DNA from: a virus
Length of the DNA: 22,539 nucleotides
Direction: 5' to 3' (one strand)
UHGV virus genome: UHGV-0018397
Shown: positions 1 to 7,736 of the stretch, piece after piece
Layout of the letters: every line of letters starts with the position of its first letter
How positions within the stretch are numbered: position 1 is the stretch's first letter
The notes under the pieces: model-generated
What the model saw: only the letters and a program-made list of their open reading frames with translations
What the model was told of the DNA's origin: nothing
Database searches by the model: none
Made by a program: the position numbers and the translations under genes

Positions 1-48
1 AAACTGGGGGTGATGTTCCACTACGGAAAGCTGAATATGGCGTTCTGA
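1..48 (+). CDS. 3' end of an upstream ORF (partial, product unknown)
   Basis: Frame 1 is open from the window edge to TGA at 46-48 (..KLGVMFHYGKLNMAF*); too short to assign a product. Confidence 0.25.
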   Translation, partial: KLGVMFHYGKLNMAF

Positions 49-59
49 GCCTTCCCACC

Positions 60-1115
60 ATGATCGGGGAAGACCCAAATATAAACAGTGTTGAGTTAGT
101 CAACGCTGATAGCCTGCAATACATCGCCACTCTCCCTGATAACTCCATTGACCTGATAGTCACGGATCCGCCGTACTTCAAAGTGAAACCCAACGGCTGG
201 GACAATCAGTGGAAAGGGGATGAGGATTATCTTCGCTGGCTTGATATGTGCCTCGCACAATTCTGGCGAGTGCTTAAACCTGCTGGCAGTCTTTATCTTT
301 TCTCCGGTCACCGCCTGGCGGCAGACATTGAGATCATGATGCGTGAGCGGTTCAACGTCCTGAACCACATCATCTGGGCTAAACCGTCGGGCCGCTGGAA
401 TGGCTGTAATAAAGAGAGTCTGCGCTCTTACTTCCCTGCAACAGAGCGCATCCTCTTCGCTGAGCATTACCAGGGGCCGTATAAACCAAAGAGCGACGGT
501 TACGCGGAGAAGGGAAGCGAGCTGAAGCAGCATGTAATGACTCCCCTAATTTCTTATTTCCGGGATGCACGTGAAGCGCTTGGCATAACCTCAAAACAAA
601 TAGCCGATGCGACTGGAAAGAAGAACATGGTGTCTCACTGGTTCAGCGGTAGCCAGTGGCAATTACCGAATGAATTAGACTACCGGAATCTTCAGTCCCT
701 TTTCACGCAGGTAGCCATCGAAAAGCACCAGAACGGCGAACTGGCAACACCACACCACCAGCTGGTGGCTATGTGGCATTCGTTAAATCGCAAGTATTCA
801 GAGCTGCTCGAAGAGTACAAATCGCTTCGGCGGCATTTCTCTGTTTCCGTATCCGTTCCTTATACCGACGTCTGGACACATAAACCCGTTCAGTTTTACC
901 CAGGTAAACACCCATGCGAAAAACCCGCTGACATGTTGCGGCAGATCATCAACGCCAGCAGTAAGCCTGGTGATGTGGTGGCTGATTTCTTTATGGGGTC
1001 CGGTTCGACCGTGAAAATCGCGCTGGAACTTGGCCGCCAGGCTATCGGCGTTGAACTCGAGGAGGACAGGTTTAGCCAGACGGTGGAGGAAATAAGGGCG
1101 TTAACAGGGGAATAA
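60..1115 (+). CDS. DNA methyltransferase (N6-adenine/N4-cytosine family, beta-class motif order), probable phage orphan methylase
   Basis: N-terminal catalytic motif IV (SIDLIVTDPPYF) and C-terminal SAM-binding motif I (FFMGSGST). The frame is also open upstream to the window start, so the true start could lie 5' of ATG 60. Confidence 0.85.
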   Translation: MIGEDPNINSVELVNADSLQYIATLPDNSIDLIVTDPPYFKVKPNGWDNQWKGDEDYLRWLDMCLAQFWRVLKPAGSLYLFSGHRLAADIEIMMRERFNVLNHIIWAKPSGRWNGCNKESLRSYFPATERILFAEHYQGPYKPKSDGYAEKGSELKQHVMTPLISYFRDAREALGITSKQIADATGKKNMVSHWFSGSQWQLPNELDYRNLQSLFTQVAIEKHQNGELATPHHQLVAMWHSLNRKYSELLEEYKSLRRHFSVSVSVPYTDVWTHKPVQFYPGKHPCEKPADMLRQIINASSKPGDVVADFFMGSGSTVKIALELGRQAIGVELEEDRFSQTVEEIRALTGE

Positions 1116-1120
1116 ACGTG

Positions 1121-1147
1121 AGGTCGCTCAAGCGGCCTTTTTTATTA
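1121..1147 (+). terminator. Candidate rho-independent terminator downstream of the methylase
   Basis: AGGTCGC-TCAA-GCGGCCT hairpin (7-bp stem with one G-U pair) followed by TTTTTTATT. Confidence 0.5.
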
Positions 1148-1183
1148 CCTCAATAACACCCGCACACAGCGAGGTGAGAGACC

Positions 1184-1486
1184 ATGAAAATGAATGATTC
1201 AGGGAACATTTTCACGCAGTTCTTCGCGTGGGTAGCAGCTCTGGCGTCAGCCATTGGTTTTACCACTCAGGATATGGTGTTCATGTTCTTTGGCGCCGCT
1301 GGTCTGCTTATCTCGTTTGCCTCCTATGTCAATGGTCGCGTGGATGCCCACCGCAGGCGTAGAGAGGACGAGAAGCGAACAAAAATGGTTAATGACTACC
1401 TGAAAGGCGTTGGTGATAAACCCCTTCACGAACGTCCTGCGGCTGCAAGCGTGGTCGTTGAGGCATTACAAAAGGAAGGTGAGTGA
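1184..1486 (+). CDS. Holin, class II / pinholin-like (two transmembrane helices)
   Basis: 100 aa with two hydrophobic helices (FTQFFAWVAALASAIGF, VFMFFGAAGLLISFASYV) and a charged C-tail (HRRRREDEKR); sits immediately upstream of the endolysin with overlapping stop/start; GAGGTGAG ribosome-binding site. Confidence 0.7.
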   Translation: MKMNDSGNIFTQFFAWVAALASAIGFTTQDMVFMFFGAAGLLISFASYVNGRVDAHRRRREDEKRTKMVNDYLKGVGDKPLHERPAAASVVVEALQKEGE

Positions 1487-2022
1487 TGGGATCCAGAGCA
1501 AAATTAAGTGCTGCTGTTCTGGGGTTGGTACTTGCTGGTGCGCCAGCATCCGTCATTCTCGATCAGTTTCTGAATGAGAAAGAGGGAAACAGCCTTACAG
1601 CGTACAAAGATGGCAGCGGTATCTGGACGATTTGCCGGGGAGCTACCACGGTTGACGGCAAGCCGGTAGTTCAGGGTATGAAGTTGTCAGCTGAGAAATG
1701 TGCCCAGGTGAATGCCATTGAACGCGACAAGGCGCTGGCGTGGGTTGACCGAAATATCAAAGTACCACTGACCGAACCACAGAAAGCCGGGATCGCATCT
1801 TTCTGCCCCTATAACATCGGCCCCGGGAAATGTTTCCCGTCTACGTTCTATAAGCGAATTAATGCTGGCGACCGTAAAGGCGCATGTGAAGCTATTCGCT
1901 GGTGGATTAAAGATGGTGGCCGCGACTGTCGTCTGACCAAAGGCCAGAAAAATGGGTGCTATGGTCAGGTAGAGCGACGAGACCAGGAAAGCGCGTTAAC
2001 GTGCTGGGGGATAGACCAGTGA
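1486..2022 (+). CDS. SAR endolysin (T4-lysozyme-like muramidase with N-terminal signal-anchor-release domain)
   Basis: Catalytic E-8-D-5-T triad in EGNSLTAYKDGSGIWT; Gly/Ala-rich weakly hydrophobic N-terminus (AKLSAAVLGLVLAGAPASVIL) typical of SAR domains. Start is ATG 1486 or GTG 1483. Confidence 0.85.
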   Translation: MGSRAKLSAAVLGLVLAGAPASVILDQFLNEKEGNSLTAYKDGSGIWTICRGATTVDGKPVVQGMKLSAEKCAQVNAIERDKALAWVDRNIKVPLTEPQKAGIASFCPYNIGPGKCFPSTFYKRINAGDRKGACEAIRWWIKDGGRDCRLTKGQKNGCYGQVERRDQESALTCWGIDQ

Positions 2023-2546
2023 GGGCTTACTGGAAGCCGCTGGCAGAAATACTGCTGGTGGCTTTTTTGTTATGCGCGGTCGCGTACTGGTGTTATTCAC
2101 GCGGGTATCAGGAGGCGGACTCATCCTGGAAATTGCAGTGGGCACAACGTGACCTTACTGATGCGACCACTACATTGCAGCGTGAAGTAACCGAAAGAGC
2201 AGAAGAGCAGCGCCGCCAGCGGGCCGTAGATGAAGAACGAGAGAAAGCCGATGAAGAACTGGCAAAAGTACAGGCTGATGCTAACGCTGCTAAGCGTGCT
2301 CGCAGTGGGTTGCAACAGCAGCTCGCCGAAATACAACGGCAGCTCGCAACAAGTGAAACAGGCAGAATTTCCGCAATTGCAGCAACAAGCCAGGCAAAAG
2401 CCGAGGCCGGAATATTGCTCGCCCAGTTGCTCAGCGAAGCTGACGATCTGGCGGGAAAATTCGCAAAAGAGGCTGATGAGCGTTATGTCGCCGGAAATAC
2501 CTGTGAGCGCACCTACGACAAAGTAATAAGGCGCCATGATGAATAA
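2019..2546 (+). CDS. i-spanin (Rz-like)
   Basis: N-terminal transmembrane helix (LAEILLVAFLLCAVAYWCY) followed by a charged coiled-coil periplasmic domain. GTG 2019 is the proposed start; ATG 1956 lies inside the endolysin gene. Confidence 0.65.
   Translation: MRAYWKPLAEILLVAFLLCAVAYWCYSRGYQEADSSWKLQWAQRDLTDATTTLQREVTERAEEQRRQRAVDEEREKADEELAKVQADANAAKRARSGLQQQLAEIQRQLATSETGRISAIAATSQAKAEAGILLAQLLSEADDLAGKFAKEADERYVAGNTCERTYDKVIRRHDE
2251..2526 (+). CDS. o-spanin (Rz1-like outer-membrane lipoprotein), embedded in the +1 frame of Rz
   Basis: Signal peptide with lipobox (MKNWQKYRLMLTLLSVLAVGC); Pro-rich mature region; lies entirely inside the Rz ORF. GAGAGAAAG ribosome-binding site before ATG 2251. 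Confidence 0.65.
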   Translation: MKNWQKYRLMLTLLSVLAVGCNSSSPKYNGSSQQVKQAEFPQLQQQARQKPRPEYCSPSCSAKLTIWRENSQKRLMSVMSPEIPVSAPTTK

Positions 2547-2566
2547 TGCCCGCATTTGCGGGCATT
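2545..2566. terminator. Perfect palindromic hairpin between convergent genes (candidate bidirectional terminator)
   Basis: AATGCCCGCA-TT-TGCGGGCATT, 10-bp perfect inverted repeat, overlapping the Rz stop and 6 nt from the stop of the minus-strand gene; no strong U-tract on either side. Confidence 0.45.
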
Positions 2567-2571
2567 AACGT

Positions 2572-3132
2572 TTAACGATTTTCTGGATGCACTCTCGCGT
2601 TGAGTGTATCGATAAAATCATGTTTAGTAATGCCCACATTGTGAACCCAATTCTTAGCTCTGGCAGGAAGGAAAACTTCAAGCATACGTTGGTAAATTGC
2701 AACAGAGGGCATGTGAGAGTTCCGGGTGAGATCGTCTTTGCCGCTAAACCGTCCCATTCGTTTCAATAAACTACCAATCAAAAGAAACTTTGATTCGTTG
2801 TTACCGTCAAATCCGGGGAATGTGAGTGATAATTTCTCATCGAAATTACGAATAGATTTGGCAACCTCTGCTTTGTCTTCCGCACTGAATCGTTCGTATG
2901 TGTATTGGAGAATGTCATACATATCATAGGTATCAACGAAAAGCTGGACTTCCCAGGGGGTCTCCTCTTCTTCATCTTGAAGGCCTGGGTATTCCCAGGA
3001 TAAAGCCCAGTAGTTATCCGTGCTCACTGCTTCGTCAATGAGGTCAGGATCAAATGAGTTTTCAATTTCTAATGCTCGGTGAATATCACTGAGCATCATG
3101 ATCTGTAGTTTTTCTTGCTGTGAGTATTTCAT
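2572..3132 (-). CDS. YfbU-family (UPF0304) protein, reverse-strand moron
   Basis: 186 aa; recalled similarity to E. coli YfbU blocks (EKLQIMMLSDIH, LTFPGFDGNNESKFL, YQRMLEV). AAGGA ribosome-binding site 8 nt before the ATG. Opposite strand to all flanking phage genes and visibly more AT-rich. Confidence 0.7.
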   Translation of the reverse strand: MKYSQQEKLQIMMLSDIHRALEIENSFDPDLIDEAVSTDNYWALSWEYPGLQDEEEETPWEVQLFVDTYDMYDILQYTYERFSAEDKAEVAKSIRNFDEKLSLTFPGFDGNNESKFLLIGSLLKRMGRFSGKDDLTRNSHMPSVAIYQRMLEVFLPARAKNWVHNVGITKHDFIDTLNARVHPENR

Positions 3133-3147
3133 TCTAAATTCCTTGAA

Positions 3148-3176
3148 TTAATAGAGCGTTGATACTGCGTTATCAA
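3148..3176 (-). promoter_or_regulatory. Candidate sigma70 promoter for the YfbU-like gene, overlapping an inverted repeat
   Basis: On the minus strand TTGATA-N17-TATTAA about 12-15 nt upstream of the ribosome-binding site; on the plus strand TTGATA-ctgcgt-TATCAA (3159-3176) is a perfect 6-bp inverted repeat covering the -35. Confidence 0.35.
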
Positions 3177-3219
3177 AGATACATCTGATTAAATAGTTTT
3201 CAAGAAACTGAGGGTTAAA

Positions 3220-4218
3220 ATGGCAAAACCGGACTGGGGATCACTGCAACACCAGTTCCTCGCCGAGCATGCTAAATCCGGTATTTCCCCCAAAGACTGG
3301 TGTGAAGCGCGGGGGCTGAATTACACATCTGCGCGGCGCTATATCAAAAAGCCAACTGCGCAAAAAAATGCGCAGAAGAAAGTGCGCAATGCGCAGACTG
3401 AACAAGCCCCTACCACTGCGCAGTATGAGCAATCCTCAACTGATGCGCAGACCGATATACAGGAAAGTGCGCAACCCTTCAACCTGCGCAATTACGGCCT
3501 TAACGATATGCAGATCAGGTTTGTCGAAGAGTATCTTCTCGATCTGAACAGGACCGCTGCATACAAGCGAGCTGGCTATAAAGGTGAAGGAAATACGGCT
3601 TACGTTAACGCCTCGCGCCTGCTAAGAAATGCTAAGGTCAGCCAGGCAATCCGCGACGCGCTGGACGAACGCTCGCGAAGAGTGAAGATAACGCAGGACG
3701 AAGTGTTGAAATGGTGGTGGGACATTGCGACGGCAGACGCTACGCAACTTACTGAACATCACCGCGGCTGTTGCCGTTACTGCTGGGGACTCGATTTTAA
3801 CTACCAGTGGCGCGATGCAGTTGAGTTTGAGGAAGCGGAAGAAAAGGTTAAGGGGAAGGAAGGTGCCATGCAGCCTAAGGATACGGGCGGCTACGGCTAC
3901 GACGGCACACTGGACCCGAACCCGGATTGCCCCCGCTGCAATGGCGTTGGTCTGAGCCGTCCTGTTTTCCACGATACACGAGATTTGAAGGGCGCAGAAC
4001 GCCGCCTTTTTGCCGGGATTAAAGAGGGCAAATTTGGCCTTGAAATGATCACCCGCAATCAGGATGAGGCTATGAAGATGGTCGCACAACACCTCGGCAT
4101 GCTGAAAACCAAAACTGAGTTAAGCGGCCCGAATGGTGAGCCCATACAGCATAATCACACAGTAAGCGCGGAGGATCTGACTGATGAGCAGCTCGCCGCA
4201 ATTATCGCTGGTAAGTAA
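3220..4218 (+). CDS. Terminase small subunit (Terminase_2-like core with N-terminal HTH-like extension)
   Basis: Core matches the recalled Terminase_2 pattern (MQIRFVEEYLLDLNRTAAYKRAGYKGEGNTAYVNASRLLRNAKV); N-terminal putative HTH (ISPKDWCEARGLNYTSARRYI); directly upstream of the large terminase; GAGGG ribosome-binding site. Confidence 0.85.
   Translation: MAKPDWGSLQHQFLAEHAKSGISPKDWCEARGLNYTSARRYIKKPTAQKNAQKKVRNAQTEQAPTTAQYEQSSTDAQTDIQESAQPFNLRNYGLNDMQIRFVEEYLLDLNRTAAYKRAGYKGEGNTAYVNASRLLRNAKVSQAIRDALDERSRRVKITQDEVLKWWWDIATADATQLTEHHRGCCRYCWGLDFNYQWRDAVEFEEAEEKVKGKEGAMQPKDTGGYGYDGTLDPNPDCPRCNGVGLSRPVFHDTRDLKGAERRLFAGIKEGKFGLEMITRNQDEAMKMVAQHLGMLKTKTELSGPNGEPIQHNHTVSAEDLTDEQLAAIIAGK
3357..3490. 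repeat. Array of eight TGCGCA palindromic hexamers within the 5' part of terS
   Basis: TGCGCA at 3357, 3369, 3383, 3390, 3417, 3444, 3468 and 3485, read directly from the sequence; six fall in the xxT-GCG-CAR (Ala-Gln) frame and two in a different frame. Confidence 0.8.
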
Positions 4219-5602
4219 GCAGGAAGCAGCGGCCGAGTTACTCAAACGACGCAATGCGCGGGCAAGCCTCCACGACTTCATTCAGTACATTAATCCCGAA
4301 TACATCACCAGCAAGTTCTCTCAGACGGTCTGCGACGCTCTGGATCAGTTCCTGCTGGATATGATGAACGGGCTGCGCCCGATACTGATTCTCGGTGCGC
4401 CGCCGCAGCATGGTAAATCGGATATCGTTTCGCGTTACCTGCCAGCGTATTTCTTCGGAAAATATCCTGAAATGCGCGTGGGCGCTTTGTCGTACTCCGC
4501 TGACCTTGCCGGGGACATGAACGCCGATGTTCAGCGCATTATGTCCACGCCGGAATACCGCAACATATTTCCGGGTGCCTGGTTGGGAAATAAGCCGGCT
4601 GATGGTGTGGCCGTAAAGCGTAACACTGACGAATTCGGTATAGCCAACCATAAGGGAACGTATGTCTGTGCGGGCGTAGGCGGCCCGTTAACAGGTAAGA
4701 AAATCGATCTCGGTATCATCGATGACCCGATAAAAAACGCCAAAGAAGCACTCAGCCCGACGACCAAAAAATCTATCTGGAACTGGTACGTTTCCACGTT
4801 TAAAACGCGTCTGTCGAAAAACAGCGGCGAAATCATCATGGCGACCCGCTGGGCGACAGATGATTTATCCGGGCGTGTGGTGGAAATCACGCCGCGCGCT
4901 AAGGTGCTGGCGTTCCCTGCAATCAACGAGCAGGGTGAAGCGCTGGTGCCTGAACTGCACCCGAAAGAAAAGCTGCTCGAAACCAAAACCATTCTCGGGG
5001 ATTACTTCTGGTCTGCGATGTATCAGCAGTCACCAAAACAGGCCGGCGGCTCAATCTTCAAAGACGAGTGGATCAAGTATTACCTCCCGAAAGACTTGCC
5101 GACCAACTTCGATATTGTCGTCCATAGCTGGGATATGACCTTCAAAGACAGCGAGGGCACCGACTACGTTGTCGGGCAGGTATGGGGGAAAAAAGGCGCC
5201 AATGCTTATCTGCTTCACCAGGTGCGCGCGCGCATGAGCTTTACCGCAACACTCAAAGCCGTTAAACGCATGGCCGACGAATACCCCAAAGGCCTGCGCA
5301 AGCTGGTGGAGGATAAAGCCAACGGCCCGGCGGTTATTGATTCACTGAAAAGCACCGTAGCAGGACTCGTTCCCGTTGAACCGGACGGCAGCAAAGTCGC
5401 CCGGGCGCATGCGATCACCGCTGTATGGGAAGCAGGTAACGTTTTCCTTCCCCATAAAGACATCGCACCGTGGATCACTGAGACGGTCGAGGAAATTACC
5501 ACGTTCCCTGTCGGCGCGAACGATGACGTTGTCGATGCAATGACACAGGGACTACGCGATTTGTATCAGAGAAAAACACTCAGCCCACTGGACATCATGT
5601 AA
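4184..5602 (+). CDS. Terminase large subunit (ATPase plus nuclease)
   Basis: Walker A-like LILGAPPQHGKSD, Walker B-like DLGIIDDP, C-terminal nuclease-type acidic motif (VGANDDVVDAMTQG); 472 aa; overlaps the terS end. Confidence 0.85.
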   Translation: MSSSPQLSLVSKQEAAAELLKRRNARASLHDFIQYINPEYITSKFSQTVCDALDQFLLDMMNGLRPILILGAPPQHGKSDIVSRYLPAYFFGKYPEMRVGALSYSADLAGDMNADVQRIMSTPEYRNIFPGAWLGNKPADGVAVKRNTDEFGIANHKGTYVCAGVGGPLTGKKIDLGIIDDPIKNAKEALSPTTKKSIWNWYVSTFKTRLSKNSGEIIMATRWATDDLSGRVVEITPRAKVLAFPAINEQGEALVPELHPKEKLLETKTILGDYFWSAMYQQSPKQAGGSIFKDEWIKYYLPKDLPTNFDIVVHSWDMTFKDSEGTDYVVGQVWGKKGANAYLLHQVRARMSFTATLKAVKRMADEYPKGLRKLVEDKANGPAVIDSLKSTVAGLVPVEPDGSKVARAHAITAVWEAGNVFLPHKDIAPWITETVEEITTFPVGANDDVVDAMTQGLRDLYQRKTLSPLDIM

Positions 5603-6891
5603 TGACGAGAAAAAATATCGTTGGTCGTCTGAATGATGGCCTGGTTAGCTTAATGACTTCGCTCGGCGAGAAGATTGGCGCAGTGCGGTATAGCAGCAGT
5701 AAGCCTGACGTACCTGATAAAGAGCTGCTCGCGATGTATAAAAAATCGTGGGTGGTGAAAAAGTACATCAACAAAACCGCCGACGACATGCTGAAGTTGC
5801 CCCGTAAATTTTCGGGCGACGTCGATAGCTCCATAACCAAACGCATCGCTGACGCTGAAAAAGAACTGAAATTAAACGCAGTCTTTCACAGCGCGCTGGG
5901 ATGGGCCTCTCTGTTGGGTGACTCGCTAATCGTGGCTATCACGGATTGTGCTGATGACCAGATAGCCTTGCCGCTCAATTTGCAGAGCGAAGATATCGTT
6001 AAATTCCTGGTGTTCCGTAAAGGGGAGTACACGCCGGACAGTAATGTCATCACCGACATACGTTCGGACTGTTTTGGTGAGCCGCTGACGTATCAACTTG
6101 ATGTCGGGACGAAGCAACTCAGGTTTCATCATTCCCGCTGCTGCCGGACAAAGCTGGGCAATCACAGCATTAAGGATCGCGCAAAGTTTGGCACGTCAGA
6201 CCTTCAGGCGCCCTATGAGCATATCAAAACCTTCGACACAGCAATCCTCAGCACCGGAGACACCATACAGGAGGCAAACGTCGATGTGCTGTTTATCCCC
6301 GGCATGAATAACCAGATCGCAGCGGGTCAGGAAGGGCAGGTGCGCGAATACGCCAGGGTGATGAAGGAAACTAAATCCTCAACCGGGCTGCTGCTAATTG
6401 ACGCTGGTGATACAACATCTCAAGGGCGCTATGAGCAGAAAAACGCGCAATTTACCGGACTGTCGGATGTGATCAGCAAAATGGCGATTGTACTGGCCGG
6501 TGCTCTGGACAGGCCCATAACGGTTCTGTTTGGTGAGTCTGCCAGCGGGTTCAGCAGCGGAGAGGAAGACAATAAATCCTATTACGAGACGATTAACGGA
6601 CTTCAGGAGTCCCGGCTTCGTCCAATGCAGGATTTCGCCGACCAGTTCACGCTGGATAAACTCGCCATAACGGAAAGCCTTACCTACGAATACCCGACAA
6701 TCGACAGTATTAATGAGGCTGACGAAGCTAACCGGTTTAGCCAGTACGCCACCGGATTTAATACGCTGGTAACGGGTTCAATCCTGACGGAAGAAGTTGC
6801 TATCAGGGAAATGATAAACCGGGGCGTACTGAAGACGGTCACCGAAGCAGAAATTAAGGCGATTGTCGCAGGGGGTGGCACATGGACCTGA
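5602..6891 (+). CDS. Portal protein (putative)
   Basis: 429 aa between terminase large subunit and head morphogenesis gene; start overlaps the TerL stop (TAATG). Called by position and size, not by a recognised motif. Confidence 0.65.
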   Translation: MTRKNIVGRLNDGLVSLMTSLGEKIGAVRYSSSKPDVPDKELLAMYKKSWVVKKYINKTADDMLKLPRKFSGDVDSSITKRIADAEKELKLNAVFHSALGWASLLGDSLIVAITDCADDQIALPLNLQSEDIVKFLVFRKGEYTPDSNVITDIRSDCFGEPLTYQLDVGTKQLRFHHSRCCRTKLGNHSIKDRAKFGTSDLQAPYEHIKTFDTAILSTGDTIQEANVDVLFIPGMNNQIAAGQEGQVREYARVMKETKSSTGLLLIDAGDTTSQGRYEQKNAQFTGLSDVISKMAIVLAGALDRPITVLFGESASGFSSGEEDNKSYYETINGLQESRLRPMQDFADQFTLDKLAITESLTYEYPTIDSINEADEANRFSQYATGFNTLVTGSILTEEVAIREMINRGVLKTVTEAEIKAIVAGGGTWT

Positions 6892-7733
6892 AACAGCTGC
6901 TGGAGCGCAAACAGGGGCGCCTTAAACCACGACGCCGACGGATGCGGCCACCAACCGCCAGCAAGCGTGCAGAGGTCTGGTATCGAGACAGGCTGATTGA
7001 GTTTGTCGATAGCATGCTTCAGACACTCCTGGACGAGCTGGACAAGCCCACACTCACCGATGCGCCCGATACCACTCCTTTGTCGATTACAGCGCGCCTT
7101 GCGGCAGTCATGCAGCGATTAGCGAGCATTTCAATTCAGGAGGTCGCCGCCCGACTCTCTGCCGGATTCGTTACGCGGGCAAACCTGCAGAACAAAGAGC
7201 AGACTCAGCGCACTTTCTCTCAGGCTTTTGGGATTGATCTGACCGGGATGCTCGGCGATGGCGCGATAAAGCCAGAAATGGAAAAGGCGGTTAATGACAA
7301 TGTCGACCTGATCACCTCCATCCATACCGACTTTATCCACGATATCGGCGCGGAGGTTTTCGAGAACATGAAAGACGGCGGCCGACATGAAAACCTGATC
7401 GACATAATCAAGGAGCGCGGGAATGTCACCCGCAACCGCGCCAGGCTAATCGCACGTGACCAGACCTCAAAACTGAACGCAGACCTGACTGAAGCGCGAA
7501 ATGTTGCTCTTGGTCTTGACCTGTATGAGTGGGGAGGTACTGGCGACGAACGGGAGCGTGACAGTCATTCCGCGTTAAACGGCATGCTCTGTAAATACTC
7601 CGATCCGACGGTCTACTCAGACGACGGCGGCAAAACGTGGAAGAAACGCTCAACCATCGGGGCATTCATCGGTAAACCCGGCGAGGATTACCAATGCCGA
7701 TGCCTGGCCCTCCCTTACGTCTCATGGGATTAA
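6882..7733 (+). CDS. Head morphogenesis protein (Mu F-like minor head protein)
   Basis: C-terminal region typical of the Mu F / SPP1 gp7 family (DSHSALNGMLCKYSDP, GKPGEDYQCRCLALPYV); directly follows the portal. Confidence 0.75.
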   Translation: MDLKQLLERKQGRLKPRRRRMRPPTASKRAEVWYRDRLIEFVDSMLQTLLDELDKPTLTDAPDTTPLSITARLAAVMQRLASISIQEVAARLSAGFVTRANLQNKEQTQRTFSQAFGIDLTGMLGDGAIKPEMEKAVNDNVDLITSIHTDFIHDIGAEVFENMKDGGRHENLIDIIKERGNVTRNRARLIARDQTSKLNADLTEARNVALGLDLYEWGGTGDERERDSHSALNGMLCKYSDPTVYSDDGGKTWKKRSTIGAFIGKPGEDYQCRCLALPYVSWD

Positions 7734-7736
7734 TCA

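Noticed and set aside
96-594. Two minus-strand ORFs (145 and 71 aa) inside the methyltransferase gene
   Set aside because: Fully antisense to a gene with clear methyltransferase motifs; no ribosome-binding site and low-complexity composition. Treated as shadow ORFs.
1956-2018. ATG 1956 as the Rz start (196-aa version in the ORF track)
   Set aside because: It would start 22 codons inside the endolysin gene and place the transmembrane helix unusually far from the N-terminus. GTG 2019, overlapping the endolysin stop, gives a canonical Rz layout, though ATG 1956 cannot be strictly excluded.
2121-2555. Minus-strand 144-aa Cys-rich ORF antisense to Rz/Rz1
   Set aside because: Overlaps two nested genes that have clear spanin features; no start signals. 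Likely a translation artefact of the Ala/Gln-rich coiled-coil coding sequence.
3357-3490. TGCGCA repeats explained purely as codons of an Ala-Gln peptide repeat
   Set aside because: Only partly accepted: two of the eight hexamers are in a different reading frame and all Ala-Gln copies are preceded by a wobble T, so a DNA-level signal is more likely. A low-complexity linker remains a valid alternative.
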